64,000 nucleotides of DNA from Octopus sinensis (Eukaryota). The stretch is taken from assembly GCF_006345805.1 (NCBI RefSeq), contig NC_043010.1, positions 1,364,001 through 1,428,000 on the forward strand, read 5' to 3'. Shown one piece after another: positions 49,890-62,705 of this stretch (positions are counted from its first letter, which is position 1; each line of letters opens with the position of its first letter). A program made the translations under genes and the position numbers. The notes under the pieces were generated by a model. It searched no databases. It was not told the DNA's origin and saw only the letters and a program-made list of their open reading frames with translations.

Positions 49890-51192
49890 TGACGGGCGTT
49901 TTTGAAAAATTCACAAAATCTTTAATTTTAGCTGCAAATTTTCTTGACATCAGTGTGTTCATATTGAATTAGCATTTGTGAAAATCAAGTGTGGAAAACA
50001 AAATCCATCGTGTGGTATCCGTTTTCATTGATGCATTTCTGAAGGCGTTCTTGTAAGATGGCCTCCACTCTCTCCAGTACTGCTCTGTTGATTTGGGCGA
50101 CTTCCTCGCGAATAGCTTCCTTCAAATCGCCCAATGTATGGGGGTTATGCGTATACACACGTGCCTTGAGGTTTCCCCACAAGAAATAATCACACACGGA
50201 AAAATCAGGGAACCGTGGGGGGGGGGGCAAGGAATGTCAGCAAACCTGGAAATGAGGCGGTCACTGAAAAGAGGGCGAAGAACGTTCATTGATGCTGTGG
50301 CTGTGTGGGCGGTTAACCCATCCTACTGAAACCACACACGTCGAATAGACACACGTCTCCTTCGTAATTCGGGCACAAAGAAATTGTTTATCATCTCTAT
50401 GTAGAGCTCAGAGTTCACAGTAGCGGCATTTCCATTAATGTCTTCAAAGAGTAAGGACCAATGATGGCAGCTTTTCCAACAGCACACCAGACCGTCACTT
50501 TTGAGCTGTACAGTGGGCTTTCGTGCATTTCTCTCGAATTTTCAAGAGCCCACTAAAGACAGTTCTGTTGATTCACCATACCATTGAGATGAAAATGAGC
50601 TTCATCACTCATTAACAAAATGAGGTTGTCGTGTGCCTCAAAAATTGCCTCCATCTGACGTGCGAAGTTGTGCCGCTGTGCATAGGGCCATGGTTTCAAC
50701 TGTTGCCCAATAATCCAGTTGTACGAGTGAAAATGCAGGTCCCCGTGCAAAATACGCCTTACCAATCGATTACCGATGCCGAGTTCAGTGGAAGGCCTCC
50801 CAGCAGAGCGATTCTGACCCCTTATAAAAGCTTGTCTGACGCATTACACATTTTCCGGGGTCCGTACCGCTCGTGGCGCCCCGCCAGCCTCCTATTTATT
50901 AGTGAACCTCATGTACGAAGTGCATTGTTTTTACGGGTGGAAACAGATTGATTTCGGTGAATGTTGAAGTGGGGCCGAAACCCACGCTGAACTGCTGTGG
51001 CACAATCGTTATTCTTCACGTAACAGTCGTGACACGCGACGCTCTGTCGTTCACATCACCGTGGCTTCACCTGAAAAGAAAGCAAGATGCTAAGACACCA
51101 CAAACCGAATGGTACCTGTCGGACATATGTCCCTCTCCCTGGAGATGAATAATAGCCATTTCAAAAGCATTTGTCCTCTCTGCTCCGCCCTG
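49890..51192 (-). mobile_element. Tc1/mariner-superfamily transposase remnant, DD41D (rosa/VS-like)
   Basis: MSDEAHF, VWFQ*DG and (W)PPRFPDFSVCDYFLWG motifs; 41 residues between the second and third D after correcting a poly-C frameshift; terminus TA|CAGGGCGGAGC at 51192. Confidence 0.8.
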
Positions 51193-51225
51193 TATATATG
51201 TATATGCGTGTCTGCATGTGTGTGC

Positions 51226-51280
<55 letters not shown>

Positions 51281-51639
51281 CGCGCGCGTGTGTGTGTGTG
51301 TATGTATTGCATAATGTAGACTCTGAGAAGCAGCATTTATGTTCGGAAAGAATTATGAGAGGATGGCCACGGTCAGAACCAAATTTTGATCACAGGGGTT
51401 TTCTTGCTTTATGCAGAGCTTATTTAGGGACTTTGTAATAACACCAACAGGAGCCACTACCAAATCCATCACCACCACAACAACCACCACCGCCGCCGCC
51501 GCCTTCAAACGCAATAATAACCACTTCCACCTCGGCGGCAACTATTACACTCGTCAAGAAACATCATTACTACTCTCTTCAAATCCTCGATGGAATCAGA
51601 AACAAGAAAAAACATCAAGCACCATCTCGACGACGACGA

Positions 51640-51795
51640 CCACCACCACCACCACCATGGCCACCACCACCACCATGGCCACCACCACCACCATGGCCAC
51701 CACCACCACCATGGCCACCACCACCACCATGGCCACCACCACCATGGCCACCACCACCACCATGGCCACCACCACCACCATGGCCACCACCACTA
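51640..51795 (+). repeat. 18-bp minisatellite (catggccaccaccaccac) x8 within an (ACC)n-rich tract
   Basis: ATGG at 51657, 51675, 51693, 51711, 51729, 51744, 51762 and 51780; one unit is 15 bp. Confidence 0.9.
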
Positions 51796-51964
51796 CCACA
51801 TCCATCCATCTATATGCATCACCGTTACTGCTATAACCATCATCATCATCACTATCACTATGTGTATCATTAGCATCAGCACAATCCGCATCACCATCAC
51901 AACCACTACCACCACTGCAACCGCCACCACCACCATTACCATTTCCACCACTGCCGACACCACC

Positions 51965-51996
<32 letters not shown>

Positions 51997-52399
51997 CAAA
52001 AACAACCCCACCATCCACACTACCACCACTCACCATCTACCACCACCACTACTGCAACCATCTCCACCACCTGCAAACTCACCATTGCCACCATAACCAC
52101 CACCACCACCACCATCATCATACAATAAAAGCAGCAGCAGCATTGATAACAACAACAGCAACAACCAGAGTAAGAGCAATAACAACAATATAAACAACAT
52201 CAACAACATTAAATACAGTGCTACGCCATTCTACTCCACGCTTCAGTGACTTTTGATATCAAAGTGGATATTAAAAACCTGATTAGTTCTACGTTGGTCA
52301 CACAGAGTCTGTTCGTCGCATCTTCTCACTCCTGTCTTTCCCGGCTCCATCACTTTTACATAGTATCTAAGAAGACTATACATTTGCTGTACTCTGGTT

Positions 52400-52700
52400 A
52401 TACTGCGTGGTTAAGAAGCTTGCTTTTCAACTAGGTGGTTCCGAGTTCAGTCCCATTGCACGGTCTTTTGTCTTCTACTGTAGCCCCAGGTCGGCCGATG
52501 TCTTCTGAGTGAATTTCGTAGACGTTAACTGTGTGAAATCCGTGGCTGTGTGGTAAGAAGTTTGGTTCCTAACCACGGGGTTGTAGGTTCAGTTCTATTG
52601 CACCTTAGGCAACTGTCTTCTACTATAGCCCCTGGCCGACCAAATTCTTGCGAGTAGAATTGGTAGAGGGATACTGAAAGAAGTCAGTTGTATGTATATA
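52400..52700 (+). mobile_element. Two tandem family B SINE heads
   Basis: Two successive tgtggt(t)aagaag...gttcagt...tgtcttctact segments. Confidence 0.65.
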
Positions 52701-52736
52701 TAACCTTTGGGTCACAATCACTCCAAGTTGAAAATG

Positions 52737-53410
52737 TCAATGCGCGGCGGCAATGGAAAATATACAATTTCGCATTTCATGCAATAAAATTCTTAAATAA
52801 TAGAGTTCCCCTGCCTTTGGTGGGACAACATAAATACGACCAAGTATTTCTTTGAAAATGTTCAAATGACCTTCAACTTTTTTCCCTTCCTCTTTTTCTT
52901 TGCCATTCTTTGTTACTACTGTTCCAAATAAAATACATGGGTACTTCAGCATAAAGTAATGTTTTTGCAAAGTCGTCATTGATATAAAATGAAACGAATT
53001 CTGTCCAATGTTGTTCTCATATGTCGTTCATTGACAGCCATGTATATCCTCATTATTTCTGAGCAATATTCTTTGTTCATTTGGTAGAGGAACTTGCTGT
53101 TTCACTGTTGCAGGTGCTCTTTCATGAATTGAAATTCCTCAAATGGATGCAACTGATTTGGGTGATCCAGTATACCTACCTATTAGATTTTGACTAATTT
53201 CGTTATCATTGTGTATTTGAACAGAAACTTGGTCATTTTCTTTCAGCGTGTACTTGATGACGTACTTAATTGACCTCAATGAGGCAATGATTTCAACGTT
53301 GCAGTGGCATTTGAATGCTCTTAAAAGTATTTTATTAAAAAGGTACAATCCATTTGTTGTTTGATTTTCCATTCTTATGAGATTCAAATCCTCCCGTTGC
53401 AACTGATCTT
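52737..53410 (-). mobile_element. Helitron Rep/helicase remnant
   Basis: LLRAFKCHCNVEIIASLRSIKYVIKY..K, NEISQNLIGRY and GRIYVVPPKAGELYYLRILLH are characteristic Helitron Rep-region motifs; frameshifted. Confidence 0.85.
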
Positions 53411-54834
53411 CGTCTATAAAGGGACAGTCTCTCTCTGTTCTTCTGCCTTTTGAATTAAGCTGATAAAGATTAATATTTTATTTTAAATAAGAAAGTAATT
53501 TTCCCTCTTAAAAAAGAAAAAAAAGAAAAAATCTATGATTCAAAAAATATCTCATAAAAATATAGGGAGAATTTCTCTTTCAGTCCATGTTATTCCGAAA
53601 GTTGTATGATTAAAAGAAGTTTTATAAATAATTAAAAGAAGAGAAAAGAAAGTAAGAAAGAAGGATGGGCGACTCTTTGAAGTCGCCGCCGCTGCAATTC
53701 AATTTCAACTTGATTTTTTTAACTTAAAGGGTGGAATAACTATTTAATTTGTAATCTCTATTATCTTAATCAAGCGACAGGAAACAAACTTTGAGTATGA
53801 TATATATATATATGTGTTTGTGTATGTGTGTATGCATGTGTGTGTATGTGTGAGTGTATGTGCGTGCATCTGCGTGTGTCCTCGTCTGCGCCTTGTGTCT
53901 GCTTTTGTCCCCTTCCACCGCCTGGCAACGGTGTTAGTGTGTTTACTTGAAGGGTTGTAAGATATTTTTTGTAATAGTATGAATAATAAACAGAGACCAA
54001 AATAGACGGGAAATTATTTGGTCCGCACCTCTTTCTTTCTAAGTGTTAAAACCAACGTAGGTAAGAGATTTCTATCTCTGTTAGATTAGCATTTCCCGGA
54101 AAATCACAAATATTGAAAGATCGGTAACAAGTGCTCAATCAAATTATGATATAGCTGCTGCTCCCACTATGAACACCATCACCTGTTAACACTACCAACT
54201 GTCGATACCCTGGAGCTTGTCCACTTGATCAGCAGGTATGATAAATTGCGTCATACATGAAGCAGAAGCAACCGCAACGCTATACGATAACCTAATGAAA
54301 AGAAGAATAACACCGGGTTATACCACGGCGACTTCAATAGACGCTATGATTACCATTTATTCCATCACATGGACAAAGGTAGAGCCAATGAGCTGGCTTA
54401 CCAGGTTTGAAACTAGAAGACCAACTCTACACCACATATATCTAGTGTATAATCGTAGAAACGTCCATGCCATATGTTAATGGATCTAAAATATGGAAGT
54501 TATGCGTAACTGAAAGATCGCATATCTTATTTAGATCCAAGAATTCTACCGCACCGCAGACCAGAAATTTTCAGCATATGCAAATGTGTGGACAAGTTTC
54601 TTTAGGAAAATTTAAGTACACCACCCTCTCTGGATTGAGCAGCTGTACCGCCAATTTTAGACCTCTTCCGTTGATTCTTCACCAACTAGCTTTTCAGTTA
54701 AAGGGGACATAATTCTAATTCTTTTGCTTTTTTCCTCTTTTTTCGGCCTTCCACATTTTCCATCCACTTTCATCTTGTCTTTTTGCGGGATTTTTCTTCT
54801 CCTGTTGTCCTGATTTGTAGCCTGTATGCCATGT

Positions 54835-55000
54835 GCTCCTGATGTTCAAATTCCGCATAGGTTCGACTTTGCCTTTCATCCTTTCGGGGTCGATAAATTA
54901 AGTACAAGTTACGCACTGGGGTTGATGTAATCGACTTAATCCGTTTGTCTGTCCTTGTTTGTTCCCTCTCTGTTTATCCCCTTGTGGGTAATAAGCAAAC
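54835..55000 (+). mobile_element. Family A SINE, 5'-truncated monomer
   Basis: gttcaaattccgc...ccccttgtgggtaataag. Confidence 0.75.
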
Positions 55001-55449
55001 AAATTTCTTGAAGACAGTATGCTTGTTATTAAAACTTGCCTAGATAATATCTCCAGTATATCCGTTGCTCATAACAATATACTCTCTACATTCAACAAAA
55101 CATGTATGTATGCATATATGTGTGTGTGTGTGTGTATGTATGCATATACAGGTATACATGCATATATATATATATACCCATACACGTATGTATGTATACA
55201 CGCATCTACGTTTAGGAATCAATATATATATATGTATCTCTCTCTCTTTCTCTGACTGTCTGTCTGCACACGTATATATAGTACACGTATATATACATAA
55301 TGGACTCATCCATCGTATTCGACCCATGAGGGCCAAAGAATTTTACTTCTTTCCTCCTCTTCCTCTCCTTTCTTGATGATCTTAATAAAAAATGGAGTAA
55401 GCAGAGCCCTCAGACAAACGACAAAGGGATTTGTTTAAAGCGGTACTTT

Positions 55450-55846
55450 GTGTGGGACCATTCGCACTTAGTGTGGGACCATTCGCACTTAGTGTGGGAC
55501 CATTCGCACTTAGTGTGGGGCCACTCGCACTTAGTGTGGGACCGTTCGCACTTAGTGTGGGACCATTCGCACTTAGTGTGGGACCATTCGCACTTAGTGT
55601 GGGACCATTCGCACTTAGTGTGGGACCATTCGCACTTAGTGTGGGACCATTCGCACTTAGTGTGGGACCATTCTCACTTAGTGTGGGACCACTCGCACTT
55701 AGTGTGGGACCATTCGCACTTAGTGTGGGACCATTCGCACTTAGTGTGGGACCATTCGCACTTAGTGTGGGACCATTCTCACTTAGTGTGGGACCATTCG
55801 CACTTAGTGTGGGACCATTCGCACTTTGTGTGGGACCATTCGCACT
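55450..55846. repeat. Minisatellite, 19 x 21 bp (gtgtgggaccattcgcactta)
   Basis: Units counted at 21-bp period from 55450; point variants in units 4, 5, 11, 12, 16 and 18; no spacers. Confidence 0.95.
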
Positions 55847-56184
55847 GATGATAGTAACGTATGGTCGCTGTCAGGACCCCTGCTGTGTCACTTCCTCCTG
55901 GCCAAAACTTCGAACGAATCTAAATCTTATGTCTTTTATATTTTACTTCTTTGAGTCATTAGACTTGCGCCCATTCTGGGGCACTGCCTTGAAGAACTTT
56001 TAGCTGAATGAATCAACTTCAGTACTTATTGTTTTCAAACATCTGTTACTTATACTATCAGTTTGTGAACTGCTAAGTTACAGGGACGTAAACACATCAG
56101 CACTGGTTGCCAAGCAATCTTTGGACACACACAATCACACACACGCGCGCGCGTGTGTATGTGCTCGTAAATAATAAAACTTAT

Positions 56185-56356
56185 TATAAGCTTCAAGGCT
56201 TAAATGCGATAACCATATATTGACTAAAGAAACTAGTCTAACATTGGAGTATATAAACCCTCGATGGAAAACCCACTTGTTTTCCGTTGAGGGCCTCTAT
56301 GCTCCAGTATTCTTTTGTCAATACACAGTAATCACTTATAAGCCTTGAAGCTTATA
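56185..56356. mobile_element. 172-bp palindromic MITE-like hairpin
   Basis: Perfect 18-bp terminal IR (tataagcttcaaggctta / taagccttgaagcttata); internal pairing continues to ccctcgatggaaaa / ttttccgttgaggg. Confidence 0.8.
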
Positions 56357-56704
56357 TATATATTTATTATTCACACATGCACACAGACACACACACGCAC
56401 ACTCAAACGCACACATACACACACACTCACACACACACTCACGCACACACATACACACACACACATACACGTACACGCACACACACATATATATACCCGC
56501 GTGTGTCTCTGTCTGTGTTTATACCCCACTACTGTTTGAAAGCCGGTGCTGACGTGTTTACGTCCCTGTAACTTAGCAGTGCAACAAAGGACACAAAGAA
56601 AACAGACACCAGTTTTAAGAATTAATAAGTACTATTGTTGTTTCGTTCCACTAAAATTCTTTACGGTGATGTCCTACCATGGCAGCAGTCTGATGATTGG
56701 AACA

Positions 56705-57082
56705 TGTGCAAGAAAAATTTTGCCTCCGAACCACATGATTCTGGGTTCAGTCCCACTATGTGGCACCTTGGGCAAGTGGTTTCTACAATAGCCTCGGAGC
56801 GACAAAAGCCTTGTGGGTGGATTTGGTAGACGGAAACTGAAAGAAGCCCGTCGTACACACACACACACACATATATATTTATGTGTGTGTGCGTGTCTGA
56901 GTTTGTCTACCCGTCGTCGCTTGACAACCGATGTTGGTGTGTTTACGTCCCCGTAACATAGCAGTTCAGCAAAAGTGACCGATAGAATAAGTACTAGGCT
57001 TAGAAAGAATAAGTCCTGGGGTCTTCGACTAAAGACAGCGCTCCAGAATGGCCACAGTCAAATGACTAAAACAAGTAAAAGA
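56705..57082 (+). mobile_element. Family B SINE
   Basis: gggttcagtcccactatgtggcaccttgggcaagt CORE-like segment plus second module. Confidence 0.8.
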
Positions 57083-57384
57083 ATAAAAAGACATATCTCA
57101 AGATAAAACGTAGTGATCCGCCACCTCCTACTAACTGTCATGCACGAGTTACCTCCCTGTCTTTTAATCATTCTTTTTATGAATGTGTTTCAAGCGACTT
57201 ATGGCTGGAACAACACCTAAAGTCTTTTCTTATATTAAATACCAGGCTTATATTTGCTATTTTCAGCGTGTAGATCGACCTATTGGAGGCAACCATGTTT
57301 TTTGTTGTGCGTTAGTGTGTCTATATATGCGATAGCAAACTTAAATGCGTAAGCAACTGTATGCTTGTTGGTGGATAACCATAC

Positions 57385-57778
57385 AGGGTATCAATCCATC
57401 CATCCATCTATCTCTCTATCCATCTATCCACCCACCCATCCATCCATCCATCTATCTGTCTATCCATCTATCTGTCTATCCATCCATCCATTCATCCATC
57501 CATCCATCCGCCCATCCATCCATCCATCCATCTATCTGTCTATCCATCCATCTATCCATCCATCCATTCATCCATCCATCCATCCATCATTCCATCCATC
57601 CATCCTTCTATCCATCCGTCCATCCGTCCATCCATCCATCCATCCATCCATCCATCCATCCATACATCTATCCATCCATCCGTCCATCCATCCATTCATC
57701 CATCCATCCATCCATCCATCCATCCATCCATCCATCCATCCATCCATCCATCCATCCATCCATCCAACCATCCATCTA
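57385..57778. repeat. (CCAT)n microsatellite
   Basis: Directly visible. Confidence 0.95.
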
Positions 57779-58055
57779 GATACAGCACAAACGGCATGAT
57801 ACTGTTGAATGGGAATGGTGGGGAAAACTCCTCTGATGCCGAAGTAGATGCCTTCTGGACACGGCTTGGTCAAAAAACACAGGATAAAGAAAATGTCTAC
57901 GGACCATTGATAAGGAATGTGTAAATCCAGAATCCTGATAATCTTTTCGTTTCATGCCTTTCATTCTTGGAGCAACAGTATACGCACAAACTCACCCGGA
58001 GCAAAGTAGGATCGAACTTGGCTTCTCAGTGAGAAAATGCAACTTCTTAATCCCG

Positions 58056-58097
<42 letters not shown>

Positions 58098-58149
58098 GTT
58101 GCACATACATACCTACATACCTACATACCTACATACACACATCACAAAC

Positions 58150-58199
<50 letters not shown>

Positions 58200-58234
58200 A
58201 ATATATATTTATGTATATATAATCAAAATAACAA

Positions 58235-59535
58235 CAAGAATATCTCCGGTAGTAATTTGGTACGATCGTTTCACGCTACATCATTTTATTAAATATGTAA
58301 GTATTACAACAGTTTTAAAATGTTGAGCAGTCAGCAGCCAATTTATAGAGGTTTCCCATGAATACATAATTTTCATATTAATTAATAACATTATAGAGAA
58401 GGTAGATATATAGACAAAGATGTTGATTTGAATTTTAAGAACATTGAGGTAGTAGAGCTTATCTTAAGACTGAAGAGTTCTTTAAGTTATTTTGAACTGC
58501 TAGAAGGTTGGGAGGCACATTCAGTTGAAGGAGACAAGAGGTTTTATATTTATAGAAATGGGGTTAAGTAAGTGTCAGAAATTATTCATTAAGAAATAAA
58601 AGTGGAGAGGGAGTTATAATGCCCTAGGAGCTGTTTACTACTATTTGGCAAACAGATCTTGTATCAAGAAAACAAGGTCAATGTCAAATGGTTACAATGA
58701 CCGCCTATATATCCTCAAAAAAGTTAAAGAGAATTACAGAGATTCTTTTACACCCACACACATCAGCTCCACATTTATCTGTAGGTGTTGATTATTTTGA
58801 TGCGTTGGAATAAAGTAGAAATAATAAATCTAATATTTATTTATTTTGGAGAAAATCTATCATTTAAGGCATATTACTTAATAACTGAGGACAAGAGTCT
58901 TATTAATAAAGTGAATGCATTAGGGGTTAAATGTATATTAGAAGAAAAAAAAGAGAGAGAACTTAATTCTAAATATGCAATGAAGTTTTTTAGTAATCTA
59001 TGCATGTTGAATTAAAAGCTAGTATGGTATATTCATTCTTAATTAGTTATAAAGAAATAGAAATTTGAACAAATTTAGGAATGGTCACAATATCATTATT
59101 TGAAATATTTAAACGTACGGGTTGTGCGATGTATGCAAGACCCTCCCAGTTCAGAACGGTTATTTAACAGATTTGTATTATTCCTATGTTTTAAAATTTC
59201 ATATGTTTCCATAGAACAAAGTTCACAACCATCTCTACTATTTTTATAAGGCCGTGCTTTTCTTATTATATCCCATTTCCGGTCAAATTCTGTATTATTC
59301 CTTTACAGTTCCCAAATTTTACTAGACAGTGTTGTGCAAAATGCAATTTATAAATGTACAATAGTGACTTCAAACAACAACTATCTTTATTTCGGTTGTT
59401 CGGTGGATTTAAAAAAAAAACGTTTAAACAATCATTTTCCCTCCTTTAGGCTTAAACATAAGGCAGTTATGAATAGAAATAAAAATGGAAGTTTGAATCA
59501 TCCGATGGAAAAGAAAACATTGCAAAAATAGCGAT
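58235..59535. mobile_element. Penelope-like (GIY-YIG) remnants, apparently in opposite orientations
   Basis: Plus ORF 59334-59531 AIYKCTI...YFGCSVDLKKKRLNNHFPSF fits a GIY-YIG N-terminus; minus 58380-58560 gives KFKSTSLSIYL, similar to Penelope endonuclease C-terminal text. Highly decayed. Confidence 0.5.
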
Positions 59536-59819
59536 TCTCACTTTGAAACTGACAATTTTGAAAATCTTTTTAGATTACGGAACGCCCAGCTCTCTCATGC
59601 ATCCATGTTTAAGATTTCAGCGCAATCGGATGAACAAGAGTTCACAAACAGATAGACAGAACTGGATTTATATATTAGATAACACGCCTAGTGTAACTAA
59701 GTTAGCTTGGAGCTGTAGGTACTGGGCTTGGTATTAAAACCTGCCTAGAAAATATCTCCAACGTATGAAACTATTAGTAGCTCATAACTACATACTGTGT
59801 ATATGTATACACTTTTACA

Positions 59820-60211
59820 CTTTTACTTGTTTCAGTCATTTGACTGTGGCCATGCTGGATCACCGTCTTTCGTCAAGCAAATCGACCTCAGGACTTATTC
59901 TTTGTAAGCCTAGTACTTATTCTATCGGGCTCTTTTGCCGAACCGCTAATTTACGGGGACGTAAATACAGCAGCATCGGTTGTCAAGCGATGTTGGGGAG
60001 ACAATCACAGACACACTAACATATACACACACATACATATATATATATACATATATACGATGGGCTTCTTTCAGTTTCCGTCTACCAAATCCACTCACAA
60101 GGATTTGGTTGGCCCGAGTATATAGAAGAAAACACTTGCCCAAGGTGCGACGCAGTGGAACTGAACCCGGAACCATTTGGTTCGTAAGCAAGCTACTTAA
60201 CACACAGCCAC
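59820..60211 (-). mobile_element. Family B SINE, near full length
   Basis: Homology to 39536-39933 in reverse orientation. Confidence 0.85.
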
Positions 60212-60250
60212 TGTATGTATATATATGCATGTGTGCATGCATATATGGAT

Positions 60251-60286
<36 letters not shown>

Positions 60287-60343
60287 ATAGATAGATAGAT
60301 TGATATGTATCCGAGCTACAAGATGTTAGTGCTGCTGCTGCTG

Positions 60344-60376
<33 letters not shown>

Positions 60377-60827
60377 AATGGGTTTGTATTTCATTGCATT
60401 CATATATAGACACTCCACAACTGCGCAACTGACCAATACGAGTGTATAAAATAACATGGATGCGACAACTTTTAAGGGAAATAACCCATGACGACTTAAC
60501 ATGCAAATTACATGAGCCGAAAATAATGCTAAATATTTTATCATTCTACAAAACACAGACACCAAAGATCAGAAACCAATCAACAAAATTCCCAACGCAG
60601 GAAAGAAACTTCTTCCTACGCATAAAAGCTCTATAAGATGTATATGCAAGAAGTGTAAGAAATTTTAAAATTAAATAAGGTAATATAAGAAAATATTTCA
60701 AAACATTAAAGGGAAAAACTGAGGAAACTATTAGTATTTCAGGGGGAGCAACTTTGAGACAAAATAAAAATTTTACATTATTTACTTTATTTACAATTGA
60801 CGGATGTTTGTCCTCATCTTGTTTGTT

Positions 60828-60877
60828 GTTAACACAACGCTTCGGCTGATAAACCCTCCAGCCTTCACCAGGTGTCT
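60828..60877 (-). ncRNA. Degenerate minimal type I hammerhead ribozyme fold
   Basis: gacac-CTGGTGA-a-ggctg(gagggtttat)cagcc-GAAG-cgtt-gtgtt. Stem I gacac/gtgtt and stem II ggctg/cagcc pair; two core changes (A6G, A15.1G) relative to CUGAUGA/GAAA. Confidence 0.6.
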
Positions 60878-60968
60878 TGGGGAAATTTCGAACCTGGGTT
60901 CTCATTTCTAAGGTATTTTCCCTATGTTGTTGTTGTTGTTGTGGTTGTTGTTGTTGTTGCTGTTGTTG

Positions 60969-61043
<75 letters not shown>

Positions 61044-61047
61044 TATT

Positions 61048-62562
61048 CTATGTTTGACTTTTGCTTTACATTTGCACAAGCTGGCTCCAAGTCTCACCCA
61101 GAGACCTCAAGAGACAACAAGTTGGAAGTTCATGTTGGTGTTATGCCTAGTGTGCCATATATTTGGTTTTGTACTTAGTGTTGTACTAGTGAATGCCTAA
61201 AAAAAAAACCACACGAAAATTATGTTTGTTTTAAAACTTGAGATTATATAGAAAGTATTTTGCGTAGGATATGAGCAGTTCCCATGAGCACTATCTTTTG
61301 AATTTCTGCCGTTTTGGGGTTTCCTGTTATCTGAGTTAGGTAGCAATCAGCCCCTTTTGCTATCATTCCCAGGGCACCTATGACATCAGGTATTGTTTTA
61401 GTCTTCAGCTTCCACATTTTGCTGACTTCTATTTCCAAATCTTTATATTTGCTCAGTTTCTGGTAGGTCTTGACAGATACGTTTATATCGATTGGGACAG
61501 TCATATCAATGAGGAGGCATGTTCTTTGTCTGAAGTCTTTCAATATAATGTCTGGCCTATTCGCATCTATCTTTCTGTCAGTTTGAATGGTGAAGTTCCA
61601 GAGGAGTGAGATGTGGTCATTTTCAAGCACTGGAGGTGGTTTGTGTTCCCACCAGTTTTTTTCATGGGGTAAGTCCAGGATTTTGCAAATTACCCAGTGA
61701 ATATATTGTGCAGCTCTATCATGCCTGTTGAGATACTCTGTAGGCGCAAGAAGACTGCACTTGGAGACAACATGATCAATGGTTTCATTTTGTTGTTGAC
61801 ATACACGACATGTTGGGTTACTGCCTTTCTTTGATATGTTGGCCTGGTAGTTCCTTGTAGGTAGGCATTGATCTTGAGCTGCTATGATAAACCCTTCTGT
61901 TTCAGATTTTAAGCCAGAGGTCATTAGCCATTGATGGGTCAGGGCTTTGTCAACATCTGTATTATTCGCTCTCTTTGGGTATTTGCCATTGAGAGGTTTT
62001 TCTTGCCATTTATCATTCAGAATATCTAAGTCCGCAGATTTAGCACGTGTTTTCATGCGCTTAGCTTTTTCTGTGCTTGTTTACTGTGTGTCTAATTTCA
62101 GAATTTGTTGTATTCGGAATTCACTTAGATATTCCTTTGCCTGTTTTGTTACTGAGTATGATGCTTTCTTGTTTTCATGTTTTGAAACAAGCTCTAACAT
62201 CCAATGCTCAAATTTTTTCAGGTAGGTGTCTAGGCCAATTGTAGCAACATTCATTGTTATTGCCAGTTGTAAAAGCCCACGGCCTCCCTCTTTTCTTGGT
62301 AGATAAAGTCGTTCTATATCTGCCTTAGGGTGGTGCATTCTATGCATTGTCAACAGTTTTCGTATTTTTCTGTCAAGATTACATATTTCAGTAATTGACC
62401 AGTTAATGATATTGAAACTGTAAGTCACGACTGGTATGGCTAAAGCATTGATCGCTTCGATCCTGTTTCTCGCATTCAGCTCTTACTCTGCGGTAACATT
62501 CTCTCCTGATCCTTTCCTTCATCACTGAGTGCCTTATTCCATCCCCTTCAATTACCTTCCCC
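61048..62562 (-). mobile_element. R4/Dong-clade non-LTR retrotransposon, 5'-truncated (RT C-terminus, CCHC knuckle, RLE endonuclease, 3'UTR)
   Basis: RLYLPRKEGGRGL; CRVCQQQNETIDHVVSKC; RPDIILKD...LIDMTVP (PD-D/ExK); one in-frame stop at 62081-62083; sense-strand (TAA)n on both sides. Confidence 0.92.
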
Positions 62563-62627
<65 letters not shown>

Positions 62628-62629
<2 letters not shown>

Positions 62630-62705
62630 AGTCACAGCCTGGAATCGAATTCGGAATCTTGGGGTTAGTAGCTCGCGCTCTTAACCACTACGCCATATGC
62701 CCGTG
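62628..62705 (-). mobile_element. tRNA-derived Pol III head of a short element
   Basis: A box TGGCGTAGTGG (62695-62685) and B box ATTCGATTCC (62650-62641, one mismatch). No complete acceptor stem, so not a tRNA gene. Confidence 0.75.

Noticed and set aside
54180-54720. Coding exons (ORFs 54238-54480, 54467-54712)
   Set aside because: No recognisable domain, frames are broken; possibly old TE debris but cannot be classified by eye.
55450-55846. CRISPR array
   Set aside because: Units are contiguous with no unique spacers, the context is eukaryotic and there are no cas genes.
62628-62705. Functional tRNA gene
   Set aside because: A and B boxes are present, but acceptor and anticodon stems do not pair properly and it runs into (AAT)n; a SINE head. 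The same applies to the heads at 4730-4803 and 30200-30273.
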